Shown here one piece after another: positions 19,216 to 28,881 of a DNA stretch of 64,000 nucleotides. Origin of the DNA: a virus. The stretch's first letter is position 1. Each line of letters begins with the position of its first letter. Made by a program: the position numbers and the translations under genes. The stretch is from positions 1 to 64,000 of IMG/VR virus record IMGVR_UViG_3300045976_000088. The stretch is one strand, 5' to 3'. Under the pieces are notes generated by a model. That model was not told where the DNA came from. It saw nothing but the letters and a program-made list of their open reading frames with translations, and made no database searches.

Positions 19216-19647
19216 ATGATCAAGTGCCGAACATGCTGCTGCGAGAAGGCCTCCGAGGCCTTCTACGTCAGCAACAAGACCGAGTGCAAAGAGTGCGTGA
19301 AGGCGCGCGTGCACAAGCATCGGCGCGACAACATCGAGCGTGTGCGCGCATACGACAGGGAGCGCGGCAAATCTCGCGATCGAATCTCCAGGCAGACGAT
19401 CGTGACGCGAGAGTATCGCCATCGGCACCCAACTCGGTATCGCGCCAACAACGCGCTCAACAATGCGCTACGTGACGGCAGGATCACGAAAGGGGAGTGC
19501 TGTGAGGCATGCGGCGAGCCTGAAGTCGAAGGTCACCACTACGACTACTCACGACCGCTGTCGGTGGTTTGGCTATGCCCGGCCTGTCACAAGGCGATCC
19601 ACCTAGCCTACCCCGAGGATCACTACCACAACCGCACTGGACCATGA
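19216..19647 (+). CDS. HNH endonuclease-like Zn-binger protein
   Basis: CEACG..EGHHYDYS.PLSVVWLCPACHKAIH. Confidence 0.75.
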   Translation: MIKCRTCCCEKASEAFYVSNKTECKECVKARVHKHRRDNIERVRAYDRERGKSRDRISRQTIVTREYRHRHPTRYRANNALNNALRDGRITKGECCEACGEPEVEGHHYDYSRPLSVVWLCPACHKAIHLAYPEDHYHNRTGP

Positions 19648-20000
19648 GCACTCCCCGCAAGCACAGCCACTACTTCCGCGACGTCAGCCACCTCAACGAG
19701 GTCGACGTCTACCGCGTGCTGAAGCTGTTCAACGTCACCGACCAGGCGCTCGGGCACGCGATCAAGAAGCTGCTGCTGCCAGGCTTGCGGGGCGCAAAGG
19801 CCGCGCTGGGCCAGACCATGGACAAGGACGTGCAGGAGGCGATCGACACGCTGCAGCGCTGGCAGGAGATGCGGCGCGAGGATGCGGCCGCGCTGCCCGT
19901 GCAGACCCAGTGCGCATGCGGCGACGTGTGCAAGGGTCCGCAGCGCGGCGAGCTCTGCGCGCGCGGCTTCACGCACACCGGCACGGTCGCGGCAGCGTGA
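19644..20000 (+). CDS. Conserved phage protein
   Basis: DVYRVLKLFNVTD..LGHAIKKLL..G.RGAK. Confidence 0.65.
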   Translation: MSTPRKHSHYFRDVSHLNEVDVYRVLKLFNVTDQALGHAIKKLLLPGLRGAKAALGQTMDKDVQEAIDTLQRWQEMRREDAAALPVQTQCACGDVCKGPQRGELCARGFTHTGTVAAA

Positions 20001-20431
20001 AAGAGAGCAACGTCCTTCGGGCCTGCTGGCTCGCCGTCGCGCGCTGGACGCGCCTGTTCCGGCTGAACACCGGGCAGGCGTGGGTCGGCAAGGCTGAGCG
20101 CCTGGCGAACGGCGACGTGCTGGTGCACGGCGGCCGGCCGATCACCATCGGCCTCGGCATGCCCGACGGTAAACCGCTGGTGGGTGCGAGCGACCTGATC
20201 GGCTGGACCACCGTCGAGATCACGCCGGAGATGGTCGGTCGCAGGGTTGCGGTCTTCACCGGCATCGAGACCAAGGAAAGCGGCGGCGGTCATCAGCGGC
20301 CCGACCAGATCAACTTCGTCGACCAGCTGCGCGCCGCGGGCGGCATCGCTGGGTTTGCGCACACTCCCGCCGTGGCGCAGGCAATCGTTCACGACTGGGC
20401 TGCCGAAACTGGCGCTAGACTAGCCGTGTAA
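19997..20431 (+). CDS. VRR-NUC-like nuclease (resolvase candidate)
   Basis: LFRLNTG, GASDLIG, IETK, Q.NF. Confidence 0.8.
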   Translation: MKESNVLRACWLAVARWTRLFRLNTGQAWVGKAERLANGDVLVHGGRPITIGLGMPDGKPLVGASDLIGWTTVEITPEMVGRRVAVFTGIETKESGGGHQRPDQINFVDQLRAAGGIAGFAHTPAVAQAIVHDWAAETGARLAV

Positions 20432-20775
20432 ACCCTACCCGCAAACCTTGCTAGGCAGTGCACAAAAATGATGAACGCAGCGATACACTCCGTCACCTGA
20501 TCCCTAGAACAAAGGGCTGATTGGCCGGTTGTTCTAGCGATCGTCAGGCAAGACGAAAGCGAAGATGGCGCCTCGGTGGTCGCAACACCGGGCGCCGGTC
20601 GGATTGAGGTCATAGGTGGTTGCTGTCGTCGGGCAATCTCCTTTCAGGTTTGGCTAGGGGCGGGTGTGCAAGCACCCGAGGCGCGCCTGCCCGCGCGCCG
20701 CCCCCGACGCCGATTAGCGTCCGGGCAGGGACTTCTTGGGCAGAAGAAGAATGAAGCACATTCCAGAAGCAGGCT

Positions 20776-20788
20776 TCGTGCCTGCTTT
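20776..20788 (+). terminator. Hairpin 3' arm of probable terminator (hairpin 20766-20788)
   Basis: GAAGCAGGC-TTCGT-GCCTGCTTT. Confidence 0.4.
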
Positions 20789-20871
20789 CACAGGCCATTT
20801 CAGGCTACACCCTGCCGAATCCAGCAAGAAATACAGAAAAGTAGTCGCTTTTTCTGCAATTAGCGCTGGGG

Positions 20872-23745
20872 GTGGGGTTGGACTCGCTCTCGCTTGACGC
20901 CGCTCAAGAGGCGCTTCGCTCGATCCCGTGTCAGTGCAGCCGCGCCGACTGGATCAAGTACGCGCGCATCCTCTTTGATGAGTTCGGCGACGATGGGTTC
21001 GGCATTTGGGATGCCTGGTCTAAAGATCACCCTGAGTACAACGAGAAGCGCGCGCTGCAGGCGTGGAAATCCGCTGTGCGCACCGGCGGCGGTCGGCCGG
21101 CCACGATCGCCACGCTGGTCTATGACGCCAAGCGCAACGGCTGGCGGCCAACGCGCAAGCACAACGCCAAACGCGACGCCAGCGCGCAGCGCGCTCACGA
21201 GGAGGCCCGCGCGCGCCGCCGCGCCGAGCTCCAGGCGGCCGAGGCCGCCGCGCAGGCTGCCGCCGCGCTACGCGCCGCCGAGCTGTGGGCCGCGGCGACG
21301 CTCGACCCCGCAGGGCACCCCTACCTGGAGCGCAAGCGCGTCGGCGCCTACGGCATCCGGCGCGCCGCCGAGTGGGTGCGCGAGTGGGTGGACCCCGAGA
21401 CTGGCGAGGTGCACACCTGGCGCGACAAGGACGCGCTGATCATCCCGATCTGGTCCGGCCCCGGCGTGCTGGCGAGCCTGCAGGCGATCCTGCCCGCGCG
21501 CACGATCGGCCGCGCGCCGCGTGACGGCGAGAAGGACCAGCGCCGCGACAAGGACTACCTGCGCGACGGTCGCAAGCACGGCTGCTACTGCACGATCGGC
21601 CGCATCAAGCCAGACGTGACCGTGGTGATCATCTGCGAGGGCTACGCCACTGGCGCAAGCCTGCACGAGGCCACTGGCTACCCGGTGATGGTCGCGTTCG
21701 ACGCCGGCAACCTGCAGCCGGTGGCCGAGGCGCTGCGCGCGAAGCTGCCCAGCGTGCGCATCGTCATCGCATCCGACAACGACCAGTTCCACGCGCCACG
21801 TGGCGGCAAGCCGTTCAACCCGGGCGTCGAGGCTGCCACCGCGGCGGCCGAGGCCTGCAAGGGCGTGCTGGCCGTGCCGCAGTTCGAGAGCCTGGACGGC
21901 GAGCCGACCGACTTCAACGACCTGGCGCGCGAGCAGGGGGCCGACGCCGTGCGCGCGGCGGTCGAGCTCGCGCTGAACCCGCCCGCTCCCGCGTCTGCGC
22001 CGGCCCCGGACGAGGCGCCGCCATGGGAGGGTGCAGCCGAGGCTCCGTCGCAGCCCGAGGCCGCGGAAGAAGACGAGGGTGAGGACGGTATCGAGGCCGG
22101 CCCGGCGAACAACCGCGAGTTCGCGATCATGGGCTACGACCACGGCACCGTCTACGTGTTCGTGCACAAGAAGCGCCAGCTGATGGAACTCACCTCGGCG
22201 TCGATGGGCGGTGCCGGCCTGCTGCAGATCGCGTCCCTGCAGTGGTGGGAGCACAACTTCCCCAGCGACAGCGGCAAGGCCAAGTTCGACACGATGGCCG
22301 CCGCGAACTTCCTGATCCAGGTGGCGCAGGAGCGCGGGATCTTCGATCCTGACCGCGTGCGCGGGCGCGGCGCCTGGTACGACGAGGGTCGCATCGTCTA
22401 TCACCACGGCGACCACCTCACGGTCGACGGCACCTCTACCGACATCACGGCGATCAAGTCGCGCCACATCTACGAGCTCAAGCGCCCGATGCCGGGGCCG
22501 GCCGACAAGGAGCTCACCAGCGACGAGGGCGAATACCTGCTCGACGTCGCAACGAAGTTCCGCTGGCATACGCCGGGCTCTGCTGCGCTGCTGGCCGGCT
22601 GGGTCGCGCTGGCGCCGGTGTGCGGCGCGATGCCATGGCGGCCCCACGTCTGGCTGACGGCAGAGGCCGGCGGCGGCAAGTCCACCGCGCTGAACCAGTA
22701 CGTGCACTGGCTGCTGGGCGGCGTCGATGTCTTCGTCGACGGCTCGAAGTCCACCGAGCCAGGCATCCGCCAGAAGCTGCACTGCGATGCTCGCCCCGTG
22801 CTGATCGACGAGGCCGAGTCGAACGAAGAGAAGGATGCGCTGCGCATGCAGAACATCCTCGCGCTGATCCGCCAGTCGAGCACCGAGAGCGGTGCGCAGA
22901 CATACAAGGGCACCGCCGGCGGCGAGGCGCTGACGTTCCACGTGCGCAGCATGTTCTGCCTGGCCTCGATCCAGGTCGCGCTGAAGCAGAAGGCCGACAT
23001 CGACCGCATCACGGTGCTGGCGCTGCGCTCGCCCACCGAGGCCGAAAAGGCGAGCTCGGGCGAGGAGTGGCGCACGCTACGCTCGCACCTCGACAAGCTG
23101 CACGAGGATGAGACCTTGCCGGCGCGGCTCATGCGCCGATCGCTCAACCTGCTGCCGATCACCCTGCAGAACGTGCGCGTCTTCAGCGACGCGGCCGCCG
23201 ATCGCTTCGGCCGCCAGCGCGATGGCGACCAGCTGGGCACGCTGCTGGCCGGCGCCTGGTCGTTGATCAGTGCGCAGGTCGCCACGCGCGAGCAGGCGCT
23301 GGAGATGATCGACCGCTACGACTGGGAGGAGCACCGCGACCAGTCCGACAGCAACGAGGCGCACAAGGCGCTGTCCGCGCTGATGGAAGCCCACATCCGC
23401 ATCGACCGCGGCATCGAGGTGACCGTCTACGAGCTGCTGTGCGCGGCGATCGGCAAGCCGGCTGGCACCGTCGACATGAGCGCCGATGTCGCCAGCGGGT
23501 TCCTGCAGCGCTACGGCCTCAAGGTCAAGGCGAACTACCTGCTGCTGCAGAACAGCAGCATCGAGCTCAAGCGGCTGATGGGAGGCACGGGGTTCGAGGC
23601 GGACCTGCGCGGATCGCTGATGCGCGTGCCTGGCGCCTCGAAGTGGGACAACAAGGCCGAGAAGTTCAACGGTGTCGCGTCGAAGGTCGTCGCGATTCCG
23701 CTGGAGCCGATCGTGGGGCGGCTGCCGGCGGCGGTGCCGTTCTGA
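20872..23745 (+). CDS. Primase-helicase (PriCT-2-like, TOPRIM and P-loop domains)
   Basis: WDAWS..H..Y N-domain; CEGYATG, AFDAGNL, SDND, TDFNDL; AGGGKST, IDEAE. Confidence 0.9.
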   Translation: MGLDSLSLDAAQEALRSIPCQCSRADWIKYARILFDEFGDDGFGIWDAWSKDHPEYNEKRALQAWKSAVRTGGGRPATIATLVYDAKRNGWRPTRKHNAKRDASAQRAHEEARARRRAELQAAEAAAQAAAALRAAELWAAATLDPAGHPYLERKRVGAYGIRRAAEWVREWVDPETGEVHTWRDKDALIIPIWSGPGVLASLQAILPARTIGRAPRDGEKDQRRDKDYLRDGRKHGCYCTIGRIKPDVTVVIICEGYATGASLHEATGYPVMVAFDAGNLQPVAEALRAKLPSVRIVIASDNDQFHAPRGGKPFNPGVEAATAAAEACKGVLAVPQFESLDGEPTDFNDLAREQGADAVRAAVELALNPPAPASAPAPDEAPPWEGAAEAPSQPEAAEEDEGEDGIEAGPANNREFAIMGYDHGTVYVFVHKKRQLMELTSASMGGAGLLQIASLQWWEHNFPSDSGKAKFDTMAAANFLIQVAQERGIFDPDRVRGRGAWYDEGRIVYHHGDHLTVDGTSTDITAIKSRHIYELKRPMPGPADKELTSDEGEYLLDVATKFRWHTPGSAALLAGWVALAPVCGAMPWRPHVWLTAEAGGGKSTALNQYVHWLLGGVDVFVDGSKSTEPGIRQKLHCDARPVLIDEAESNEEKDALRMQNILALIRQSSTESGAQTYKGTAGGEALTFHVRSMFCLASIQVALKQKADIDRITVLALRSPTEAEKASSGEEWRTLRSHLDKLHEDETLPARLMRRSLNLLPITLQNVRVFSDAAADRFGRQRDGDQLGTLLAGAWSLISAQVATREQALEMIDRYDWEEHRDQSDSNEAHKALSALMEAHIRIDRGIEVTVYELLCAAIGKPAGTVDMSADVASGFLQRYGLKVKANYLLLQNSSIELKRLMGGTGFEADLRGSLMRVPGASKWDNKAEKFNGVASKVVAIPLEPIVGRLPAAVPF

Positions 23746-23914
23746 CGCTGGCAGGTGGACACCAATCCACCTGCTCCCACTCGTTGGAAGGCCGCACGGG
23801 CGGGAGCTCGCGCGGCGGCGGGTCGGGCGGCTGGATGTTGTGCACGACCTGGCCGCCGGCGAGCACGCTCACCGGGAACGGCCAGGGGCTGGTCAGATGG
23901 CGCTCCTGCATGCC

Positions 23915-24115
23915 CTACAGCTTCGCCATCTTCTTCGGCCGCTTCGGCGGCGGAAGCACCTTGAAGTCGGACGGGATCATCCACTCGCGGCCGTGCTTCT
24001 TGGCGCCGGGGATGCGGCCGGCCTGCGCGAGCACCTGGATGCGGCGTGCCGTGATGTCGTGCAGGTCTGCCGCGGCCTGCGCGGTGATTGGTGTGGTGGG
24101 TTGCTTCTTGGGCAT
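23915..24115 (-). CDS. Small MerR/Xis-like HTH protein
   Basis: ITAQAAADLHDITARRIQVLAQAGRIPGAKKHGREWMIP. Confidence 0.75.
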   Translation of the reverse strand: MPKKQPTTPITAQAAADLHDITARRIQVLAQAGRIPGAKKHGREWMIPSDFKVLPPPKRPKKMAKL

Positions 24116-24117
24116 GG

Positions 24118-24771
24118 TCAGACTGCAGCGGCCTGCTGTTCGAGCTCGGCCTTGAGATGGTTGATGAACACAGGCCAGAGGTCGCGCCAGAAGCCACGCG
24201 GCGCCAGCTTGTCGCGCGTCCTGGTGTGCTCCCACGGCTCTTGCAGGAATCTGTCGATGTCGTCGAAGTCGACGCCGCGCGGCAGACCGATGCGGCGGTG
24301 GCCGTACTCCTCGAAATCGCTGCGCACCTGCTGGAAGGCCTCGACGAAATCGCGCTCCGAGCATTCGGCCTGGCTCTCGACGTCTTCAATCGCGTCCCAC
24401 ATGGCGCGCGCCGTTTCCTTGCTCCATCCGCCGGTGCGGCGGCGATCGATGACGCGCTTGCGCATGCCTTTTACCGACCCCTCGCCGTCGAACTCCTGCA
24501 GGTCGGCGCCCATGAACTTCGTGAACACGTAGCCGAACTCGCACGTGAGCAGCCAGCGCAGGAACGGCGTTTCGAGGTGGCCCCATTGATGGGCCCAGCT
24601 GCCGAAGCTGCTGTAGATCAGGATCTCGCCGCACTCGCGTCTCTCACCAGCGCACATCGGGTCCGGCTGCGTCGTCCAGCCGCGTACCGCGATCGTGGCC
24701 CACTCCCAGTCGCTGTGGCCGCCTCGCACGCGATAGACGGTGAAACCGTCGTCTTTCGTCACGCTGGGCAT
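24118..24771 (-). CDS. Hypothetical protein
   Basis: TGATG-coupled ORF. Confidence 0.65.
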   Translation of the reverse strand: MPSVTKDDGFTVYRVRGGHSDWEWATIAVRGWTTQPDPMCAGERRECGEILIYSSFGSWAHQWGHLETPFLRWLLTCEFGYVFTKFMGADLQEFDGEGSVKGMRKRVIDRRRTGGWSKETARAMWDAIEDVESQAECSERDFVEAFQQVRSDFEEYGHRRIGLPRGVDFDDIDRFLQEPWEHTRTRDKLAPRGFWRDLWPVFINHLKAELEQQAAAV

Positions 24772-25160
24772 CACCGCACCCCCATGATCTTGCCAACTAT
24801 CTCCACGACCTGGCTTGGCGCCAGCGTGTGCGGCCGCGCGCGGCGCAGCGCATACTCCAGGCTGTCGACGTTGCCGTCTTCCATGCGGTCGAGCGCGTCG
24901 AGCGCCTTGTGGAAGGTCTCGCGGGTCTCGGGCAGCGTGGCGTTGTCGTAGCCCTGCTTCAGCAGCGCGCACGAGAACTGCCGGGGGTCGCGCTGCACCA
25001 GGTCGCGGGCGAAGGACTCCTCCCACTGCTCGAAGACCAGCGCGTGGCCAGCCTGCGGGTCGCAGCGGTAGAGGTCGAATGCTTGGCGGCGGTTGCCAGA
25101 GATGAACGCGCGCGCGGCGGTGTCGCGCAGCATCTTGGTGGCGTCGTAGGTGGAGTTCAT
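24771..25160 (-). CDS. Hypothetical protein
   Basis: GGAG RBS, ATGA coupling. Confidence 0.65.
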   Translation of the reverse strand: MNSTYDATKMLRDTAARAFISGNRRQAFDLYRCDPQAGHALVFEQWEESFARDLVQRDPRQFSCALLKQGYDNATLPETRETFHKALDALDRMEDGNVDSLEYALRRARPHTLAPSQVVEIVGKIMGVR

Positions 25161-25873
25161 GAGGCGGTCTCCTTTGCCTCGGTAGTAGCAGATGAGGCGG
25201 CAGGCTTCTGGCGCGCCTTCTCCCAGCGCTTACTCCATTGGTCGTGTGTGCCATCAAACTCGAATCTGATCGGCATCACGATCAGCATCGCGTAGGTGTG
25301 TCTACCGATCTGGTAGACGACAGGGCTATGCGACAGAGGGCCTTCGCTTGGGATCTGGAACGGCTGCATCTCCGGAGGTCTGCCCAGCCTGCGCGTGAAT
25401 GCGCTCAACACGCGCGAGACGTATAGCGGGTTCACGGCGGTCTTGTGGCCCGGCGCCAGCTTGGTGAAGTCAGGTGTCACCTTGCGCCAGTCGGGGAAGT
25501 TGCCGCCAGTGATGATGGCGTCGCTCAGCTGCAGGTGCCGAGTGCTTTTCAGACCAACCAGAGTAAGCAGCAGCGCAGGCTTGTCCTGGAAAGTGGTGAG
25601 CTCCAGCGTCGAGCCATCGGTATCGTCGCGGCTGTCGATCTTCGGCAGCATGGCGGTCAACCTCTTGTCCGGCTGGATGATCACTGGCGCGTCGCACTTG
25701 GCCTTCTCGTCGATCACCGCCATGAGTGTGTGGCCGTCGCTGCCGATGATGTACGCGCCGCCTTCCTTGCGAGGTTCGACCAGCAGGCCGCGCAGGTAGT
25801 AGCGGATGTCGTTGCTGGCCCGGCAGGTGGCGGCCAGGCGGGCGTAGCTGGCGCGGATGGTGCAGGTGGTCAT
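25157..25873 (-). CDS. Beta-clamp-like (truncated sliding-clamp fold) protein
   Basis: DIRYYLRGL, GSDGHTL, GNFPDWRKV.P, VNP.YV, IVMPIR. Confidence 0.65.
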   Translation of the reverse strand: MTTCTIRASYARLAATCRASNDIRYYLRGLLVEPRKEGGAYIIGSDGHTLMAVIDEKAKCDAPVIIQPDKRLTAMLPKIDSRDDTDGSTLELTTFQDKPALLLTLVGLKSTRHLQLSDAIITGGNFPDWRKVTPDFTKLAPGHKTAVNPLYVSRVLSAFTRRLGRPPEMQPFQIPSEGPLSHSPVVYQIGRHTYAMLIVMPIRFEFDGTHDQWSKRWEKARQKPAASSATTEAKETAS

Positions 25874-26250
25874 GATCCAAGCCCCGACAGCGCATCACCA
25901 ATGGCGCCGATCAGATCGCGCGCGGCGTTGTTGAACCCGGCGATGCTGATTCGCTGATAGCTCTCGATGGTCTGCGGCATGAGGTACTCGCGTGCGTTGA
26001 CGATCGTCAGGCCGCCGGGTCGTCGCTCGAACTTGAGGCAAACGAGGCTGCCTTGATCGGCGCGCAGCACGCGCAGATAGGCACGCCAATGCTTCGGCTT
26101 GCTGTCGCCGCCGTAGGTGTCGCGGTAGGTGAAGCACTTCCCGACCAACGCGGCAGCGCGGGCGTTTTCTTCCTTCTCCTCCAGCTTGCGCAGCTTCTTC
26201 TTCAGCGGCTCGATCTGGGCAAGCAGGGATTCCTTGGTCTGTGTGGTCAT
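25870..26250 (-). CDS. Hypothetical protein
   Basis: ORF MTTQTKE..., coupled. Confidence 0.6.
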   Translation of the reverse strand: MTTQTKESLLAQIEPLKKKLRKLEEKEENARAAALVGKCFTYRDTYGGDSKPKHWRAYLRVLRADQGSLVCLKFERRPGGLTIVNAREYLMPQTIESYQRISIAGFNNAARDLIGAIGDALSGLGS

Positions 26251-26288
26251 GGTGGTCTGGGGCCCGGGGCTGCCGGGCCGGTAGTTGA

Positions 26289-27881
26289 TCAGTCCCAGCG
26301 ATCCAGCTTGTAGATCGCGCGGCCAGTGGGCCCGGTGACGCGCAGCGTGATGCCCCAGCCAGTGAGGCCGCAGGCCGACGCTTCCTCGGCGCCTTCGAGC
26401 CGGCCGGCGCGCGAGAACGCTTCGATCGTCGAGCGGATGCTGTGGAGCTCGGACTTCAGCGTCTCTGGGAACAGCGCCATGGAAGCTGGGCCATTGACAT
26501 CGCGGGCCCCGTCGATGATCGCGACGATCGACTTCTCGTGGTTCGGCGAGCCGGTCTCGCTGCGCCAGAGATGCGGCTTCAGCGCGATCGCGTTCACCTT
26601 CGCCCAGCCAGGCTGCAGGTTCCACTGGCTGGCCCGCGAGCCGCCGTTGTAGACGTACCAAGCCACCGGGTTGCGCTGGTCCTCGCGATCCCACTGCAGG
26701 ATCGGCGGCGCGTCGGCGTCGACGGCCGTGGTGAGCGCGACGAAGTTTCCATGCGAAGGCACCAGCACCTCGATCGAGCGCGCTTCGGGCAGCACGGTGC
26801 GCGAGAACTTGTCCCAGGTCATCGTGGTGGGCGGCGCCTGCAGGTCGACCGGCTGCGCGGCGTCGCGCGACTTCAGGTGGCCGAACACGCCGGCCGGCTG
26901 CTCGGCCGGTGCCGGAGCGACCGGGCGCCACGCGGCCACCACGTCGTCGAGGCGCGCGAAGCGGCGCTTGAGCGCCGGCGCGATGCCCAGCTTCTCGACC
27001 ACCTTCTCGGCCTGCTCGATGTTGCCGGCGCGCGGCGCCGCCTGCGGCCGCTGGTACTGCAGCGGGTGCATCTTCGCCTTGAACTTCGCCGCCACGTCCT
27101 CGAACGGCAGGCCCGCGGCCAGGTCTTCGAGCAGCGTGCCGATCATGCTGCTGCGCGGATGGCAGAAGCCCGCCGGCGCGGTGGCGACCGACAGCCAGGT
27201 GCCGGCGTCGCGCTGCGGCCGCGACGGCGCGTTGTCGCGCGCCATCTTCAGGTTCAGCAGGAACTCGGCCACGCCCAGCACGTGCTCGCTGCGGTACAGC
27301 GCGTCGGTCTTCAGCAGGTTCACGGCTGCCTGCAGGTGCGGCACGGTGAACTCGGCCAGCGCGCGCCGCAGCGTCTCGTGTTCGTGGCGCTTGTGGGCCA
27401 TGGCCTGGCCTGCCGTCAGCAGGCGGCTCTGGTGCAACATGCTCGCCGGCGGGATCACGTGCAGGTGGTGCCAGTCGCCGGTGGTCGGCGTGCCCCACTG
27501 GCGCTCGGCGCTGTAGAAGACGCCGGTGACGGGCGCGCGCTGAACGCGCAGGTACATCGCGTCTACAGCATCGCGGTACGTCTCGGGCACCGCATCGGTG
27601 TCCACCGACCACATGGCCGGGACGGTGCGGCCGGCCTCGTCGATGGTCACCAGCGCGCCGTAGGTGTCGAAGAAGCGCCGGCAGGTGTTGCAGGTGTGGA
27701 CCTGGCGCTGCTCCGGCGGCAGGTGATCGAGATAGGTCTGGAACAGGCCGTCGACGTCGGTCTTGAACACCGGCTTGCCGGTGCCGACGTTCGCGGCGAA
27801 GGTCTCGCGCAGCGTGGCGCTGAAGTTTTCGTATTCCGCGTCATGCAACGCGGCGTCGTACTCGGGGTTGCGGGTTTGCAC
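26289..27881 (-). CDS. Large hypothetical protein
   Basis: 530 aa, GGAG RBS, HTCNTCRRF motif. Confidence 0.8.
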   Translation of the reverse strand: MQTRNPEYDAALHDAEYENFSATLRETFAANVGTGKPVFKTDVDGLFQTYLDHLPPEQRQVHTCNTCRRFFDTYGALVTIDEAGRTVPAMWSVDTDAVPETYRDAVDAMYLRVQRAPVTGVFYSAERQWGTPTTGDWHHLHVIPPASMLHQSRLLTAGQAMAHKRHEHETLRRALAEFTVPHLQAAVNLLKTDALYRSEHVLGVAEFLLNLKMARDNAPSRPQRDAGTWLSVATAPAGFCHPRSSMIGTLLEDLAAGLPFEDVAAKFKAKMHPLQYQRPQAAPRAGNIEQAEKVVEKLGIAPALKRRFARLDDVVAAWRPVAPAPAEQPAGVFGHLKSRDAAQPVDLQAPPTTMTWDKFSRTVLPEARSIEVLVPSHGNFVALTTAVDADAPPILQWDREDQRNPVAWYVYNGGSRASQWNLQPGWAKVNAIALKPHLWRSETGSPNHEKSIVAIIDGARDVNGPASMALFPETLKSELHSIRSTIEAFSRAGRLEGAEEASACGLTGWGITLRVTGPTGRAIYKLDRWD

Positions 27882-27932
27882 AGGTTCTCCAGGTAGTTGA
27901 CGGGATGCCCGGCAGCCGGCCGGGCAGCGGGG

Positions 27933-28274
27933 TCAGAACGGCACGACCAGCGGCCGCTCGACGACGATGCCATCGGGGCGGCGCTCCCAGCTGCCGGTGC
28001 CGGGATCGAACATCAGGCCAGGGCCGCCCTGCGCGCGACGGTGGCGGCGCATGGCCTGGCGGGTGGACTGCTCGGGGTAGCGGCGGCCGGGCCGGTTGCC
28101 GTAGCGCTCCTTGCCGCGGTTGTGGCGCTTGTTCTTGCCTTTGCCGTGGTCTCCGCGTTCGGAGCCGGTGGTGTTCGGCTTGAGCATGTTCGCGGCGGCC
28201 TGCACCGCAGCTCCTCCCATCGCAATCGCTGCGCTCAGTGCGCCCATCAGGACGCTTTTGTTCGTGGTCTTCAT
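27933..28274 (-). CDS. Basic hypothetical protein
   Basis: ORF between intergenic hairpins. Confidence 0.55.
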   Translation of the reverse strand: MKTTNKSVLMGALSAAIAMGGAAVQAAANMLKPNTTGSERGDHGKGKNKRHNRGKERYGNRPGRRYPEQSTRQAMRRHRRAQGGPGLMFDPGTGSWERRPDGIVVERPLVVPF

Positions 28275-28342
28275 GGTGTGTTGGGGTTGAAGTGGCACGA
28301 CGCCACCCGCATGCGTCGACTCGCGGCGCATGCTGGCTGGGG

Positions 28343-28612
28343 TCAGCGGCCTTCGCGCAGGTCGCGGTGCGCGATCTTGGCGCGGTACAGTGCGTGCATC
28401 CTGTCGCCGACAGCGGGGTGTGCGCTTGGCAGCGTCATGTCGTCCTCGAACGCATGGACCATCGCCGAGCTGACGCCGCTGAAGCCGCGCACGCCTTCTT
28501 CGAGGCCGCGCTGCACGCGATCCTCCAGGTTGTTCATGTCGTCCTTGGTGATCGGCGCGGCCATGGCCTCGTCGGTGATGGTCACGAGCAGGGTGAAGGT
28601 TCGGGATTGCAT
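28343..28612 (-). CDS. Hypothetical protein
   Basis: GGAG RBS. Confidence 0.6.
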   Translation of the reverse strand: MQSRTFTLLVTITDEAMAAPITKDDMNNLEDRVQRGLEEGVRGFSGVSSAMVHAFEDDMTLPSAHPAVGDRMHALYRAKIAHRDLREGR

Positions 28613-28650
28613 CAGGTCTCCAGTGGGCCCGGGCGAGCCGGGCGGGTTGG

Positions 28651-28881
28651 TCAAGGGTTGGCAGTCTCGTCGGCCAGGTGGCGCAGCTTCTCCTCGTGCC
28701 ACCTGGCGCAGGTCTCGAAATACCTCGCCTGCTGCATCAGGCGCGCACCGCTACCGATACCGGTCTCGATGGCGATGGCGCGCACTCGGCGACTCTCTCG
28801 TGCCTTTGCGCGGAAATCGCGTACCTTGCGCGCGCGCTTCACGATCTCGGCCCACTGCTGTTGGGTCCACGGCCCGCTCAT
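28651..28881 (-). CDS. Hypothetical protein
   Basis: ATGA coupling. Confidence 0.6.
   Translation of the reverse strand: MSGPWTQQQWAEIVKRARKVRDFRAKARESRRVRAIAIETGIGSGARLMQQARYFETCARWHEEKLRHLADETANP

Noticed and set aside
23666-23911. 81-aa minus-strand ORF
   Set aside because: Pro-rich, overlaps the primase 3' end, no recognisable motif; may be real but unsupported
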